A stretch of 64,000 nucleotides of DNA from an uncultured Alphaproteobacteria bacterium (GCA_963778455.1 CAVZUL010000008.1:315371-379370); one strand, 5' to 3'. Counted from the first letter of the stretch, positions 1 to 10,517 are shown. Notes: a model not told the origin generated them from the letters alone. Translations and numbers: made by a program.

Positions 1-728
1 ACCCACGGCCAGCGCCACACCTTCCAGGCAGCCTCCCCCTCCCCGACCGAGAAGAAGATGATCTCGGCGCGGCCGACGATGTTGTCGATCGGCACATAAC
101 CGACCTGGCTCAGCACGCGGCTGTCGGTCGAGTTGTCGCGGTTGTCGCCCATCATGAAGTAATGATTGGCCGGCACCGTATAGACCGGCGTGTTGTCGTA
201 GAACGAGTTATCGACCAGGTCGAGCGTGTAATAGACGACGCCGTTCGGCAGCGTTTCCTTCCACCGCTTGATGCGCTTGATGCCGGGGCCATCCTCGGTA
301 CCGACGAAATCCTCAACGCGCTCGCGCTTGACCGGCTGCCCGTTGATGTTGAGCACGCCCTCCATCATCTGAATGCGGTCGCCCGGAAGGCCGATCACAC
401 GCTTGATGTAATCGGTCGAATCATCGCGCGGCAGGCGGAACACGACGACGTCGCCGCGCTGCGGGCCCTTGCCGAGGATCGGGTCGCGCCCGGAAAACAG
501 CGGCGGCGAGAACGGGAACGAGTAGCGGCTGTAGCCGTAGGTGTATTTCGAGACGAACAGATAGTCGCCGATCAGCAGCGTCGCCATCATCGAGCCGGAC
601 GGGATGTTGAACGGCTGAAACAGGAAGGTGCGGATCACCACCGCAATGAGCAGGGCGTGGATCACCACGCGCACGGTTTCGGCGAATCCGCCTTCCTTCC
701 GCTTTTGTTCGGCTGTGGTCACGCGCAT
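1..728 (-). CDS. lepB: signal peptidase I (C-terminus runs off the window start)
   Basis: Absent from the ORF track because it is open at position 1. My minus-strand translation from the ATG at 726-728 gives MRVTTAEQKRKEGGFAETVRVVIHALLIAVVIRTFLFQPFNIPSGSMMATLLIGDYLFVSKY...YFMMGDNRDNSTDSR. These are the S26 SGSM and GDNRxxSxDSR boxes. Confidence 0.85.
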   Translation of the reverse strand, partial: MRVTTAEQKRKEGGFAETVRVVIHALLIAVVIRTFLFQPFNIPSGSMMATLLIGDYLFVSKYTYGYSRYSFPFSPPLFSGRDPILGKGPQRGDVVVFRLPRDDSTDYIKRVIGLPGDRIQMMEGVLNINGQPVKRERVEDFVGTEDGPGIKRIKRWKETLPNGVVYYTLDLVDNSFYDNTPVYTVPANHYFMMGDNRDNSTDSRVLSQVGYVPIDNIVGRAEIIFFSVGEGEAAWKVWRWPW

Positions 729-902
729 GGGCCTCTGAAGCTCGCAAGGTGGCGCCCCCACCCTCGGCCGCCCTTGTAGCGGGGCAGCGGCTGCGGCGAA
801 AGGCGGCAGGGCAGGAAAAATGCCGTGAGCTCGTACAGGATACGAACTACCTGAGATAACTCGTCTTTTTCGCGGATTTCGATGGAGTCGAGTTGCGAGG
901 CG

Positions 903-1310
903 TCAATTCGCGCCGGCCGGCACCGCGGAGATAATCACGAACGCCTGCGCCAGCGGATACTCGTCCGTGATGGTCAGATCGATGCGTGCTTCGTGGCCTG
1001 CCGGGGTCAGCTTGGCGAGCCGCGCGGCGGCGCCGCCGGTGAGTTTCATGGTCGGGCGCCCTGACGGCAGGTTGACCACGCCCATGTCGCGCCACCACAC
1101 GCCGGCGCGCATGCCGGTGCCGAGCGCCTTGGCACAAGCCTCCTTGGCGGCGAAGCGCTTCGCATAGGTCTCGACGCTCTTCGCACGGCGTTCGGCGCGC
1201 GCGCGTTCCGTGTCGGTGAAGATGCGGGCGAGAAAGCGCTCGCCGTGCCGCTCGATCACCTTCTCGATGCGACGAATGTCGGTGATGTCCGAGCCGATGC
1301 CGATAATCAT
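903..1310 (-). CDS. acpS: holo-[acyl-carrier-protein] synthase
   Basis: The 135-aa ORF starts [35 protein letters not shown] and contains [14 protein letters not shown], typical of AcpS. It has a 4-nt overlap with the pdxJ stop. Confidence 0.9.
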   Translation of the reverse strand: MIIGIGSDITDIRRIEKVIERHGERFLARIFTDTERARAERRAKSVETYAKRFAAKEACAKALGTGMRAGVWWRDMGVVNLPSGRPTMKLTGGAAARLAKLTPAGHEARIDLTITDEYPLAQAFVIISAVPAGAN

Positions 1311-2083
1311 GGCGAATGCCGGCGCGCTACGCCGCGATCCATCGCGGCCCGCATCGCCTTCACGGTTTCGCTTAGGCCCATGAAGAGCGCTTCGCCGACC
1401 AGAAAGTGGCCGATGTTGAGTTCGACGATCTCAGGAAACGCCGCGATGGTCTCGGCGGTCCTCAGGTCAAGGCCGTGTCCGGCATGAACTTCGAGACCGA
1501 GCTTGCGCGCCTGCGCGGCGCCAGCCTTGATGCGCTGCAACTCGGCGGCCGCAATCGCGCTGCGCCCCTCGCCGACCGCCTCGCACCACGCGCCCGTGTG
1601 GATCTCGATCACCGGCGCGCCAACCGTGGCCGCCATGTCGATCTGCCTTGGATCGGCGGCGATGAACAGAGATACGCGGATGCCGGCGGCTTTCAGCTCC
1701 GCGATGAACGGAACGAGATGATTGTGTTGCCGCACCACGTCGAGCCCACCCTCGGTGGTCAGTTCCTGGCGCCGTTCCGGCACGATGCAGGCGGCATGCG
1801 GACGCGCCTTGAGTGCGATATCGACCATTTCGCGCGTCGCGGCCATCTCGAAGTTGAGCGGCTTGGTCAGCTGTGCCTTCAGGCGCGCGATATCGTCGTC
1901 ACGGATGTGGCGGCGGTCCTCGCGCAGATGCGCCGTGATCCCGTCCGCGCCGGCCTGCACGGCGAGCAATGCCGCTTTCACCGGATCGGGATGGCGCCCG
2001 CCGCGTGCGTTGCGGATGGTTGCAACGTGATCGATGTTGACGCCGAGGCGGAGAGAGGACGTTTCGGGCATTCTATCACTCAA
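1307..2083 (-). CDS. pdxJ: pyridoxine 5'-phosphate synthase
   Basis: The 258-aa ORF contains [23 protein letters not shown] ... ELHTGAW-like IEIHTGAW ... VHAGHGL, the PdxJ signature regions. Confidence 0.9.
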   Translation of the reverse strand: MSDRMPETSSLRLGVNIDHVATIRNARGGRHPDPVKAALLAVQAGADGITAHLREDRRHIRDDDIARLKAQLTKPLNFEMAATREMVDIALKARPHAACIVPERRQELTTEGGLDVVRQHNHLVPFIAELKAAGIRVSLFIAADPRQIDMAATVGAPVIEIHTGAWCEAVGEGRSAIAAAELQRIKAGAAQARKLGLEVHAGHGLDLRTAETIAAFPEIVELNIGHFLVGEALFMGLSETVKAMRAAMDRGVARRHSP

Positions 2084-2148
2084 ACATGAAGTGCGGCCGG
2101 CGCGTCCAATTCATTGTTTCAATAATCGAAATTCGTGGCCGTGCATGA

Positions 2149-4479
2149 TCACTCGTTCACCCGCTCGACCTTCGCCACCACCTCCTTTGCCTTCAACTGA
2201 GCGATGATCGCGTTGAGGTGCTTGAGATCGTAGACCTCCAGGTCGATCAGCAGTTCGGTGAAATCGGGCGAGCCGCGCTGCATGCGGACGTTGTCGATAT
2301 TGCCGTCATGCTCGGCGATCACCTGCGCGACCTGCGCGAGCGTGCCGGGCTCGTTGACCGAATGCACCTTGAGGCGCGCCGGAAAGCGCTGCGGGCTTTC
2401 TTCCTCGATGTCCCAGCGCACATCGAGCCAACGCTCCGGCGTATCCTCAAAGGCTTTCAGTGCCGGCGACTGGATCGGGTAGATCGTGATCCCCTCGCCA
2501 GGCGTCATGATGCCAACGATGCGGTCGCCCGGCACCGCGCCGCCGCTCGGCGCGAAGCTCACCGGCAGGTCGCCGGTCACGCCGCGGATCGGGATCGCGC
2601 CGTCGCTCTCCTTGCCCTCCGGCACCTTGAAGATCAGCGACTTGACCTTGCTCAGCCCGAACCAGCCGCTTTCCGGTTTCGGGACAGGAACGCGCGTGAC
2701 ACGCTCTTCCTTGTAGTCGGGATACATCGCACGCGCGACGTCGGATGCCCTCATTTCGCTGCGCCCGACCGCCGCCATTACTTCGTCGATCGAGCTGCGT
2801 GCAAGCCGCGGCAGTGCACCTTGAAGCTTTTCGTCGGAATAGTCTTTCTTGGCGCGTTGAAACAGCCGCTCGACGATGCGTCGGCCGAAGCTGACGTATT
2901 GCTCGCGTACCGCGACGCGAGTCGCGCGCCTGATCGCAGCCCGCGCCTTGCCGGTGACGACAACGGATTCCCAAGCAGCAGGGGGCGCCGTCTGCGCTTT
3001 CGATGTCGTGATGTCGACCTCGTCGCCGTTCGAAAGCTCGGACACAAGCGGCGCGATCTTGCCGTTGATCTTGACGCCGACCGCGCTGTTGCCGATGTCG
3101 GTGTGCACCGCATAGGCAAAATCGATCGCGGTCGCCTTGCGCGGCAGCGCGATCAGGCGGCCCTTCGGCGTGAAACAGAACACCTGATCGTGGAACAGCT
3201 CGAGCTTGGTATGCTCGAGGAATTCCTCGGAGTTCACCCCTTCGGACAACAGCTCGATGGTGTGGCGCAGCCACGCGTAGGCGCTGCTCTCGCGCGACAG
3301 CATCTCGGTCGGAGAGCCGTGCCCGTCCTTGTAGAGCGCATGCGCCGCGATGCCGTACTCGGCGATCTCGTGCATCGCGGCGGTACGGATCTGCAACTCG
3401 ACGCGCTGCTTGCCCGGACCGATGATCGTGGTGTGCAGGGAGCGGTAGTCGTTCTGCTTCGGGATAGAGATGTAATCCTTGAAGCGTGTCGGGACCATCG
3501 GCCACGTGGTGTGCACGATGCCGAGCGCGCGGTAGCATTCCTCGGTCGATCCGACGAGCACCCGGTAGCCGACGAGATCGGACAATTGCTCGAACCCGAT
3601 CGACTTGCGCTCCATCTTGCGCCATGTCGAGTAAGGCCGCTTGTGCCGCCCCTTGACTTTCGCGGCGATGCCGCTGTCGGCGAGTTTCTTGGTGAGCTGA
3701 CGCTCGATCTCGGTCACGACGTTCTGGCTGCGCGCCGCGAGCGCGGCAAGCCGCTCGCTGATCACGCGGTAGGCGTCGGGATGCAGCTCCTGGAAAGCAA
3801 GGTTCTCCAGTTCCTCGCGCATCTCGTGCATGCCCATGCGGCCCGCGAGCGGCGCATAGATGTCAATCGTCTCTTCGGCGGTGCGCCGGCGCGCCTCGGG
3901 CGGCACGAAGTCGAGCGTGCGCATGTTGTGCAGCCGGTCGGCGAGCTTGATCAGCAGCACGCGCACGTCGGCCGCGATCGCGAGCAGGAGCTTGCGCAGG
4001 TTTTCGGCTTGCTTCGCCTCGCGCGTGACGAGGTCGAGCTTTTTCAGTTTGGTCAGGCCGTCTACCAGTGAGCCGATCGCCGGCCCGAACTTTTCGTCGA
4101 TTTCGGCGCGCGTCGCCTCGGTGTCCTCGATAGTGTCATGCAACAGCGCGGCGACGATCGTCGCATCATCGAGCTTCAGGTTGGTCAGGATCGCAGCAAC
4201 TTCGAGCGGATGGGAAAAATAGGGGTCGCCCGAGGCACGCGTCTGCGTGCCGTGCGCCCTCATGGCGTAGACGTAGGCACGGTTGAGCAGGTCTTCGTTG
4301 GCGTTCGGATTGTAGCTCTTGACGCGCTCGATCAGGTCGTACTGCCGCATGATCTGCGGCTTGCGCTTCTTGACCGGCTCAGCGACCTCCGGAGCGATCG
4401 GCGGCGCCGGGTCGACCACCCGGCTCGACGGTGGCTGGTTCTGCATTCGCGGCAGATTCTCGGTCTGGGCGCGGGGCAT
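2149..4479 (-). CDS. spoT: bifunctional (p)ppGpp synthetase/hydrolase (RelA/SpoT homolog)
   Basis: ORF 2149..4527 shows an HD hydrolase motif (LLHDTIEDT), a RelA/SpoT synthetase core (YRSLHTTIIGP), and TGS and ACT-like C-terminal regions. I place the start at the internal ATG at 4479 (MPRAQTENL), which follows GAGGAA. Confidence 0.9.
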   Translation of the reverse strand: MPRAQTENLPRMQNQPPSSRVVDPAPPIAPEVAEPVKKRKPQIMRQYDLIERVKSYNPNANEDLLNRAYVYAMRAHGTQTRASGDPYFSHPLEVAAILTNLKLDDATIVAALLHDTIEDTEATRAEIDEKFGPAIGSLVDGLTKLKKLDLVTREAKQAENLRKLLLAIAADVRVLLIKLADRLHNMRTLDFVPPEARRRTAEETIDIYAPLAGRMGMHEMREELENLAFQELHPDAYRVISERLAALAARSQNVVTEIERQLTKKLADSGIAAKVKGRHKRPYSTWRKMERKSIGFEQLSDLVGYRVLVGSTEECYRALGIVHTTWPMVPTRFKDYISIPKQNDYRSLHTTIIGPGKQRVELQIRTAAMHEIAEYGIAAHALYKDGHGSPTEMLSRESSAYAWLRHTIELLSEGVNSEEFLEHTKLELFHDQVFCFTPKGRLIALPRKATAIDFAYAVHTDIGNSAVGVKINGKIAPLVSELSNGDEVDITTSKAQTAPPAAWESVVVTGKARAAIRRATRVAVREQYVSFGRRIVERLFQRAKKDYSDEKLQGALPRLARSSIDEVMAAVGRSEMRASDVARAMYPDYKEERVTRVPVPKPESGWFGLSKVKSLIFKVPEGKESDGAIPIRGVTGDLPVSFAPSGGAVPGDRIVGIMTPGEGITIYPIQSPALKAFEDTPERWLDVRWDIEEESPQRFPARLKVHSVNEPGTLAQVAQVIAEHDGNIDNVRMQRGSPDFTELLIDLEVYDLKHLNAIIAQLKAKEVVAKVERVNE

Positions 4480-4633
4480 AACGTTTCCTCGGGCCGCGGC
4501 GACGGCGGCCGCGCGGCCTGTTCCCAACAGAGTACCACGGGAATTCGCCGATCCGGCAACGCGTTTGCGTGAGGGTTGCCGAAAAGCGAACGGCCCGGCG
4601 TTGCCGGGCCGTCGAACGTCCGATTATCGGCGC

Positions 4634-5047
4634 TCAGAGGTCTTCGTCGCCCGGCTCGATCTCTGGCTCCGGCTTCTCTTCCGGAGGCGCGAGGCCTTCC
4701 AGCCCCTTGAGCAGTTCTTCCTCGGTCATGCGGTCGACCGTCACCTCGGTATCGTCCGCATCCACGCTCGCTCCGGCGGCGCCGATCAGCGGGACCGATT
4801 CGGGCTCCGGTTCGTCCACTTCGACGTACTTCTGCAGCGAATGGATCAGATCTTCCTTCAGATCGCCGGGCGAAATGGTCTCGTCGGCGATCTCGCGCAG
4901 CGCGACGACCGGATTCTTGTCATTGTCGCGGTCGATCGTGATCGGCGCGCCGGAGGACACCATCCGCGCCCGGTGGCTCGCCAGCAGCACGAGATCGAAT
5001 CGGTTTTCGACCTTATCGATGCAATCTTCCACGGTGACACGGGCCAT
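4634..5047 (-). CDS. rpoZ: DNA-directed RNA polymerase subunit omega
   Basis: The protein starts [28 protein letters not shown], a canonical RpoZ N-terminus. The start is the 8th codon of ORF 4634..5068. The gene lies upstream of spoT, as in many proteobacteria. Confidence 0.9.
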   Translation of the reverse strand: MARVTVEDCIDKVENRFDLVLLASHRARMVSSGAPITIDRDNDKNPVVALREIADETISPGDLKEDLIHSLQKYVEVDEPEPESVPLIGAAGASVDADDTEVTVDRMTEEELLKGLEGLAPPEEKPEPEIEPGDEDL

Positions 5048-5339
5048 CGGCTCGCCGCTCCTATCCAAAATTATGTGCGAATTTGGCGTCTAGGTATTCC
5101 CCGCGCCCAAAAAGCGCAAGGGCTGAAGTTTTGCGGGGACTTGGCGACCCGACGGGCCTCTGTTAGGCACGTTCTTCAGGACTCGGTGCCCGGTTGCTCA
5201 AAGTCATTGCGCATTTCGATTGCGAGAGCTGGCCCGGATCAGGCCGACGACACGATTTGGGTGCCGGCGGCTATTTCGAGAAACCCTGATCGGCGGCCGG
5301 TCCGGCGTGCGCAACGCTGCCTTCCGCGGGTCCATTGCA

Positions 5340-5999
5340 TTGATTAACGAGAGAGCCCGATGGCCGTCCCCTGCCGAAAAGATCGCCCTGTTCATCGATG
5401 GCGCCAACCTTTACGCCACCGCCAAGACCCTCGGTTTCGACATCGACTACAAGCGCCTGCTGCGCGAGTTCCAGTCCCGCGGGTATCTGTTGCGGGCGTT
5501 CTACTACACGGCCGTGATCGAGGATCAGGAGTATTCCTCGATCCGCCCGCTGATCGATTGGCTCGACTACAACGGCTACACGGTCGTCACCAAGGCCACC
5601 AAGGAGTTCGTCGACCAGTCCGGACGCCGCAAGGTCAAGGGCAACATGGACATCGAGCTCGCGGTCAACGCGATGGAGATCGCGCCGTCGGTCGACCACA
5701 TCGTCCTGTTCTCCGGCGACGGCGATTTCCGCTCGCTGGTCGAGGCAATCCAGCGCAAAGGCGTGCGGGTGACCGTGGTCTCGACGATTTCGACACAGCC
5801 GCCCATGGTGGCGGACGAATTGCGCCGCCAGGCCGATATCTTCCTCGATATCGTCGAGCTGCAGGGCAAGATCGGGCGCGATCCGTCGGAGCGCGCGCCG
5901 CGCGCACCACGCGATGACCGCGAGCGCGGCGAACGCGGCCACACGCCGCAGTTTCCTGCAGCGCCCAGCCGCGCCGCAACGGGCGGGCGCCGCGGATGA
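5340..5999 (+). CDS. NYN-domain (LabA/DUF88-like) protein
   Basis: The frame of ORF 5220..5999 contains KIALFIDGANLYATAKTLGFDIDYKRLL ... VLFSGDGDFRSLVEAIQRKGVRVTVVS, typical of LabA-like NYN/PIN folds. No in-frame ATG lies near the domain start, so the TTG at 5340 is my best guess. The start is uncertain. Confidence 0.7.
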   Translation: MINERARWPSPAEKIALFIDGANLYATAKTLGFDIDYKRLLREFQSRGYLLRAFYYTAVIEDQEYSSIRPLIDWLDYNGYTVVTKATKEFVDQSGRRKVKGNMDIELAVNAMEIAPSVDHIVLFSGDGDFRSLVEAIQRKGVRVTVVSTISTQPPMVADELRRQADIFLDIVELQGKIGRDPSERAPRAPRDDRERGERGHTPQFPAAPSRAATGGRRG

Positions 6000-6682
6000 G
6001 TTCGACGACGAAGAGTAAGCTGAACTCGCCGGCGAGCGATGCCGCGGTGGCCGAGCCGCCGCGCGATTGTCCGCTCTGCCCGCGCCTCGTTGCCTTCCGA
6101 GCGGAATGGCGCGCGCGCGAGCCGGAATGGTTCAATGCGCCGGTTCACTCATTCGGCCCGATCGGCGCGCGGCTGCTGATCGTCGGGCTCGCACCCGGAC
6201 TGCGCGGGGCAAACCGCACCGGCCGTCCATTTACCGGCGACTATGCCGGCGATCTGCTTTACGCGACACTGATCGAATACGGCTTTGCGCGCGGCCATTA
6301 CGACGCGCGGCCGGATGACGGGCTGACCCTGATCGACGCACGCATCACCAATGCGGTGCATTGCGTGCCGCCCGAGAACAAGCCGACACCGGCCGAGATC
6401 AACACCTGCCGCGCCAGCTATCTGGCGCCCCGCATTCCCGCGATGGCAAACCTGCGCGCCATCGTGATGCTCGGCCGCATCTCGCATGAGTTGACTTTAC
6501 GCGCGCTCGGCCATCGCCTGGCCGCTGCACCCTTCGCGCATGGTGCGCGGCATGTGATCGGCCAGCTCGCGCTGTTCGATAGCTATCACTGCTCGCGCTA
6601 CAACACGAACACCGGCGTACTGACGACGGACATGTTCCGGAGCGTGTTCGCTGCGGTGCGCGCCTATTTGGACGGCGTTTGA
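5996..6682 (+). CDS. uracil-DNA glycosylase superfamily protein (family 4/5-like, Cys-rich N-terminus)
   Basis: The 228-aa ORF contains CPLCPRL, LLIVGLAPGLRGANRTGRPFTGD and FDSYHCSRYNTNTG motifs. Its ATG overlaps the NYN gene stop (ATGA). Confidence 0.8.
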   Translation: MSSTTKSKLNSPASDAAVAEPPRDCPLCPRLVAFRAEWRAREPEWFNAPVHSFGPIGARLLIVGLAPGLRGANRTGRPFTGDYAGDLLYATLIEYGFARGHYDARPDDGLTLIDARITNAVHCVPPENKPTPAEINTCRASYLAPRIPAMANLRAIVMLGRISHELTLRALGHRLAAAPFAHGARHVIGQLALFDSYHCSRYNTNTGVLTTDMFRSVFAAVRAYLDGV

Positions 6683-6684
6683 CG

Positions 6685-6737
6685 TTTGCGCATGATCTTG
6701 TCGGCGAACCGGTGCCCACTTCGCCGGATCATGCGCG
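6685..6737. repeat. REP-like palindromic repeat, family 1 (gcgcatgatc...gatcatgcgc)
   Basis: The sequence is tttgcgcatgatcttgtcggcgaaccggtgcccacttcgccggatcatgcgcg. It is the reverse-oriented copy of the units at 8231, 8381 and 60012, and it contains the stop codon of the peroxiredoxin gene. Confidence 0.8.
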
Positions 6738-7296
6738 AAGCCAGGCGATCACTTCTTCGGCGCTCCGGTCCGGCGGAAACACCGGATAGAACACCTTTAT
6801 CATGACGCCGTCGTCGATCACCCATGCCATCCGTTTGATCAGTGTCATCCCTTCGACGGTGAACGTCGGCAGGTTGAGCGCGCGCGTCAGCGTCAGATCG
6901 GCATCGGAGAGAATCGCGAACGGCAGGTGCAGCCGTTCGACTACCTCGCGCTGATAGTCGGTCGCCTGCGTCGACAGTCCGAAAAGCTGCGCCACGCCGA
7001 GCCGCTTCAATTCGGCGAAGTGATCGCGAAAGCCGCACGACTGCGGCGTGCAGCCGCGCGCGCCGGGGATGCCGTCCCACCCCTCCGGCAGCGCCTGACC
7101 GGGCCGGCCGGTGCGCGGATAGACATAAACGACGGTCCGGCCCGTGAGCCGCGCGAGATTGACTTGTGCGCCGTTTGTCGCGGGCAGGGCAAGGTCCGGC
7201 AGCGCCGACCCTGTCAGATGTCGTGCCGCGCCGTCGTCTTGCGGGCACCGGAAGGTCGTCCGGCAGGATGAGCGGATTGTGCCGAACCTGCGACAT
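6729..7296 (-). pseudogene. peroxiredoxin (AhpC/TSA-Bcp type), one frameshift near 7240
   Basis: The N-terminus MSQVRHNPLILPDDLPVP is in the frame of ORF 6664..7323. The rest is in the frame of ORF 6729..7343: QDDGAARHLTGSALPDLALPATNG...VYVYPRTGRPG...GCTPQSCGF. Removing one C from gtgCCCgcaagac restores a continuous protein. Confidence 0.8.
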
Positions 7297-7506
7297 TGTC
7301 GCCTCCAATCCTTTGTTATCCAATGGCTTATAGCACTTGCCACAGATCCCGGATGAACGTCATGATCGCGGCGCGAAACGCCGCATTGTTACTTTCGCTG
7401 TTGGCGCCGTGCAACAATTGGCGGAACTCAGGTGTTCTGCAATCAGGGCGGCGTACAGCCCTCACGGGCGCGCCCGATCACGCATTCCGTCAAAGGAACT
7501 CAACCC

Positions 7507-8227
7507 ATGAACAGACGTGAAAGCCTTCGGCTCATCGCGGGCTCGGCCGCCTTCGCGAGCCTGCCCTTTGCGGCCCGGGTTGCGATGGCACAGGCGCCTG
7601 CCGCTGCTGACGGCCCCTTCAAGCTTCCGCCGCTCGGCTATCCGTATGAGGCGCTCGAGCCGCACATCGACGCTCAGACCATGCAGATCCATCACACGCG
7701 TCATCATGCAGGCCTACGTCAACGTCTGCAACCAGGTCGCCAAGGACGTGCCGGCGCTCGGCACCACGCCGATCGAACAAACGCTGGCCGATCCGGCCTA
7801 CATCCCGCTGCAGCAGCAGCAGCAGGTGAAGAACAATCTCGGCGGCCACTGGAACCACAGCTTCTTCTGGGAGCTGATGAAGCCCGGTGGCGCGAAGGAG
7901 CCCGGCAGCGAGCTGAAATCCGCGATCGAAGGCTCGTGGAAGGACGTCAACGAGTTCAAGGAAAGGCTGAACGCGCAGGGCGCGGGCCGCTTCGGCTCAG
8001 GCTGGGCGTGGCTCGTGGTCAACAAGGACAAGAAGCTGGAGCTGATCTCGACCGCCAACCAGGACACGCCGATCCCGCTCGGCGCCAAGGCCGTGATCGG
8101 CGTCGATGTGTGGGAGCATGCCTATTACCTGAAGTACCAGAACCGCCGGGCGGACTATCTCAAGGCCTGGTGGAATACGGTGAACTGGGACAAGGCGTCG
8201 GAGAGCTTCAAGAAGGCGATGGCGTAG
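7507..8227 (+). pseudogene. Fe/Mn superoxide dismutase with twin-arginine signal peptide, one frameshift near 7710
   Basis: [28 protein letters not shown]...MQIHHTRHH is in the frame of ORF 7432..8364. The remainder, AYVNV...[13 protein letters not shown]...[15 protein letters not shown], is in the frame of ORF 7517..8227. The two parts join after a +1 shift. Confidence 0.85.
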
Positions 8228-8230
8228 CGT

Positions 8231-8285
8231 GCCGCATGATCCCGAAAAGTGGAAACCGGTTTTCGGAATCAGATCATGCGCAAAA
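8231..8285. repeat. REP-like palindromic repeat, family 1
   Basis: The sequence gccgcatgatcccgaaaagtggaaaccggttttcggaatcagatcatgcgcaaaa is near-identical to the unit at 60012..60063. Confidence 0.8.
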
Positions 8286-8380
8286 GAGGCAACGGCCCGC
8301 CGCGTGGAGCGCAGCGGGCCGGGCGATGATGCGAGTCGTCCAACCTTGCGGGGGGACACCTTGAACGGCTCGATCAACAG

Positions 8381-8427
8381 CGCGCGATCAGGAAAAGTGG
8401 GTACCGGTTTTCCGCCCGGATCGCGCC
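8381..8427. repeat. REP-like repeat, family 1 (degenerate copy)
   Basis: The sequence cgcgcgatcaggaaaagtgggtaccggttttccgcccggatcgcgcc shares the core aaaagtgggtaccggtttt with the other copies. Confidence 0.6.
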
Positions 8428-8440
8428 AAGGAAAATCGCC

Positions 8441-9220
8441 TCAATCAATCCACGCGATGTCGGTGAGCTTGCCCTTCACGCCTTCGAGCTTGCCGGCGAG
8501 CGTCGCCTTGCCGCTCTTCAGATCGACCGAATAGAGATTGCCGCCGGTTGCGAGCCATGCGTCATTCTTGTCGCCCGCCGATGCGACGATATTGAATGCC
8601 ACCGGCGTTGCAGCACTGATGCCGAGCGCACCGACCGTGTTGAGCACGCCGTCGTTCGGCGGCGCCTGCGTGACGAGGGTCCAGGTCGTCGCATCGATGT
8701 TGTAGAGCGCGGTCGCGGCCGGCTTGGGGTTCAGCGAGTTCGAGTAGGCGCCCGCGACAACCTTCGGGGTCTTTCCGGCATTCGCGTCGCCGTCCTTGAA
8801 CTTGTGCGACCCATCGACCGTCACCTTGCCGTCATCGACGTTGATGCGCAGGCTGGTCCCGTCGGAACTCATCAGGCGCAGCCGGTCGGCGGCTGGATTG
8901 AAGTCGAACGTGACGTCGATGCCCGCCTTGAACGGCTCCGACAGCTTGCTCTTCGCCGTGGTCTGTCCGGTCTTCGGATCGACCGAAACGATCGATCCGT
9001 CAGCGAGGATGCCATACAGCGCCCCGTCGGCCGGACGCACGTCGAAACCGAGCAGCGGTCCGCCTTTCACGGCAGCCTCACCGGTAACCTTGCGGGTCGC
9101 CGGATCGATCGTAACGATGGTCTTGCCGTCGACCAGGCCGATGATCGAACCGGCCTGAGCGGAACTTGCGAAGGTCGAGGCGAGCAGCGCTGCGGCCGCT
9201 GCGAGGGTTTTCAGTCGCAT
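8441..9220 (-). CDS. secreted DUF4394-like protein
   Basis: The 259-aa ORF has a signal peptide (MRLKTLAAAAALLASTFASSAQA). It also has repeated G..V..D....G.LYG / DFNPAADRLR patterns that I recall from DUF4394 proteins. Confidence 0.75.
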   Translation of the reverse strand: MRLKTLAAAAALLASTFASSAQAGSIIGLVDGKTIVTIDPATRKVTGEAAVKGGPLLGFDVRPADGALYGILADGSIVSVDPKTGQTTAKSKLSEPFKAGIDVTFDFNPAADRLRLMSSDGTSLRINVDDGKVTVDGSHKFKDGDANAGKTPKVVAGAYSNSLNPKPAATALYNIDATTWTLVTQAPPNDGVLNTVGALGISAATPVAFNIVASAGDKNDAWLATGGNLYSVDLKSGKATLAGKLEGVKGKLTDIAWID

Positions 9221-9358
9221 GAGGAAACTCCCGTTATCGTTTGCGATAGACCGGGATGCTGCCGCCCCCGGCGATGACGGGACGAGGTACGCGGCGGAGT
9301 GCGCGCGGTTGCAGTGATGCGGTAGATCGAGGTCACGTCCTCGTGAGGGGCGAGCGAA

Positions 9359-10022
9359 CTAATTGATGATGAACGGTGCCGAGGGGTCGTTGTTGTCGAT
9401 CACCAGATCGGCACGCGAACTCGGGTCTGTATTCCTCCAGATAACGCCGTTGAGCCGGGAGATAGCGGGCTCTGTAGCGTTGCACCAGCTTCGCCGGATC
9501 ATTCCCTGCCGGCAAATCACGCCGCAATGAACGCGCGAGAGCGACATCAAATCCTGCACGCACGAAAACGGCGTAGTCCCGATAGGACCGCAGCTCCGGT
9601 CGCAAGAGAAAAATTCCATCAAAGAGCAAGATCGCCTGCGGTTCGGCCTTTAGCTCCCGCGAATCGACCGGCATGTCGCGCCGATGGTCAAAGAGCGCCG
9701 TTCGGTAGCACCCCCTCCCGCCGGGCCCGAGCGGGGACAGCAGTAGCTCGATCACACGATCCAGATCGTGGGAATCTTGGTAATAGCCATCGGGAGACTC
9801 GGGGCCTCTTGCGTATCGCGCCCGACGCGGATTGTGAAAATGATCGATTCCGCTCCTGATGACAGCCCTTCCGAGTGCCTGAAGCCGATCTGAGAGTTCA
9901 TCGGCCAGCGTGGTCTTTCCCGCCGCATCGACCCCATCGATTGCAATGCGGACCGTGTGCCCACTCTCCAGCATGGCGAGGCGGGCGGCGACATCGTTCA
10001 ACATCTCATCGCGTGCGGCCAT
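9359..10022 (-). pseudogene. uridine-kinase-like P-loop kinase, frameshift near 9415
   Basis: A Walker A motif (IDGVDAAGKTT) lies in ORF 9333..10022. The expected C-terminus ADLVIDNNDPSAPFIIN is in the frame of ORF 9359..9622. Confidence 0.7.
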
Positions 10023-10037
10023 GTCGGTGGTCGGACG

Positions 10038-10511
10038 TCAGCCCTTCGCGCGCAGCAGGCGGCCCTTCTCGCGCGCCCAATCGCGCTTCTTCTCGGTCTC
10101 GCGCTTGTCGTGCAGCTTCTTGCCCTTGGCGAGCGCAAGCTCGACCTTGGCGCGGCCCTTGTCGTTGAAATAGAGCTTGAGCGGCACGAGCGTCATGCCT
10201 TCGCGCTCGACCGCACCGATCAGCTTGCTGATCTGCCGCTTGTGCAAGAGCAGCTTGCGCGCGCGTTTCGGCGCGTGATTGAAGCGGCCGGCCTGCAGAT
10301 ATTCGGTGATGTTGGAATTGATCAGCCAGATCTCTCCACGACGCGCATCCGCGTAGGATTCCGCGATCGCTGCCTTGCCCGAGCGCAGTGACTTCACCTC
10401 GCTGCCGGTGAGCGCGATGCCGGCCTCGAACTTCTCGCCGATCTCGTAGTTGAAGCGCGCCTTGCGGTTTTCGGCGACGATCTTGAAGCGCGGCTCCGGT
10501 TTCGCCGCCAT
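10038..10511 (-). CDS. smpB: SsrA-binding protein
   Basis: The 157-aa ORF contains [13 protein letters not shown]...[13 protein letters not shown]...LLLHKRQI...[11 protein letters not shown], a canonical SmpB sequence. Confidence 0.92.
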   Translation of the reverse strand: MAAKPEPRFKIVAENRKARFNYEIGEKFEAGIALTGSEVKSLRSGKAAIAESYADARRGEIWLINSNITEYLQAGRFNHAPKRARKLLLHKRQISKLIGAVEREGMTLVPLKLYFNDKGRAKVELALAKGKKLHDKRETEKKRDWAREKGRLLRAKG

Positions 10512-10517
10512 TTCGTT

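Noticed and set aside
2218-4071. 617-aa plus-strand ORF
   Set aside because: It lies antisense to the clearly real spoT gene. It is Arg/Ala/Leu-rich with no motifs, which makes it a typical high-GC shadow ORF.
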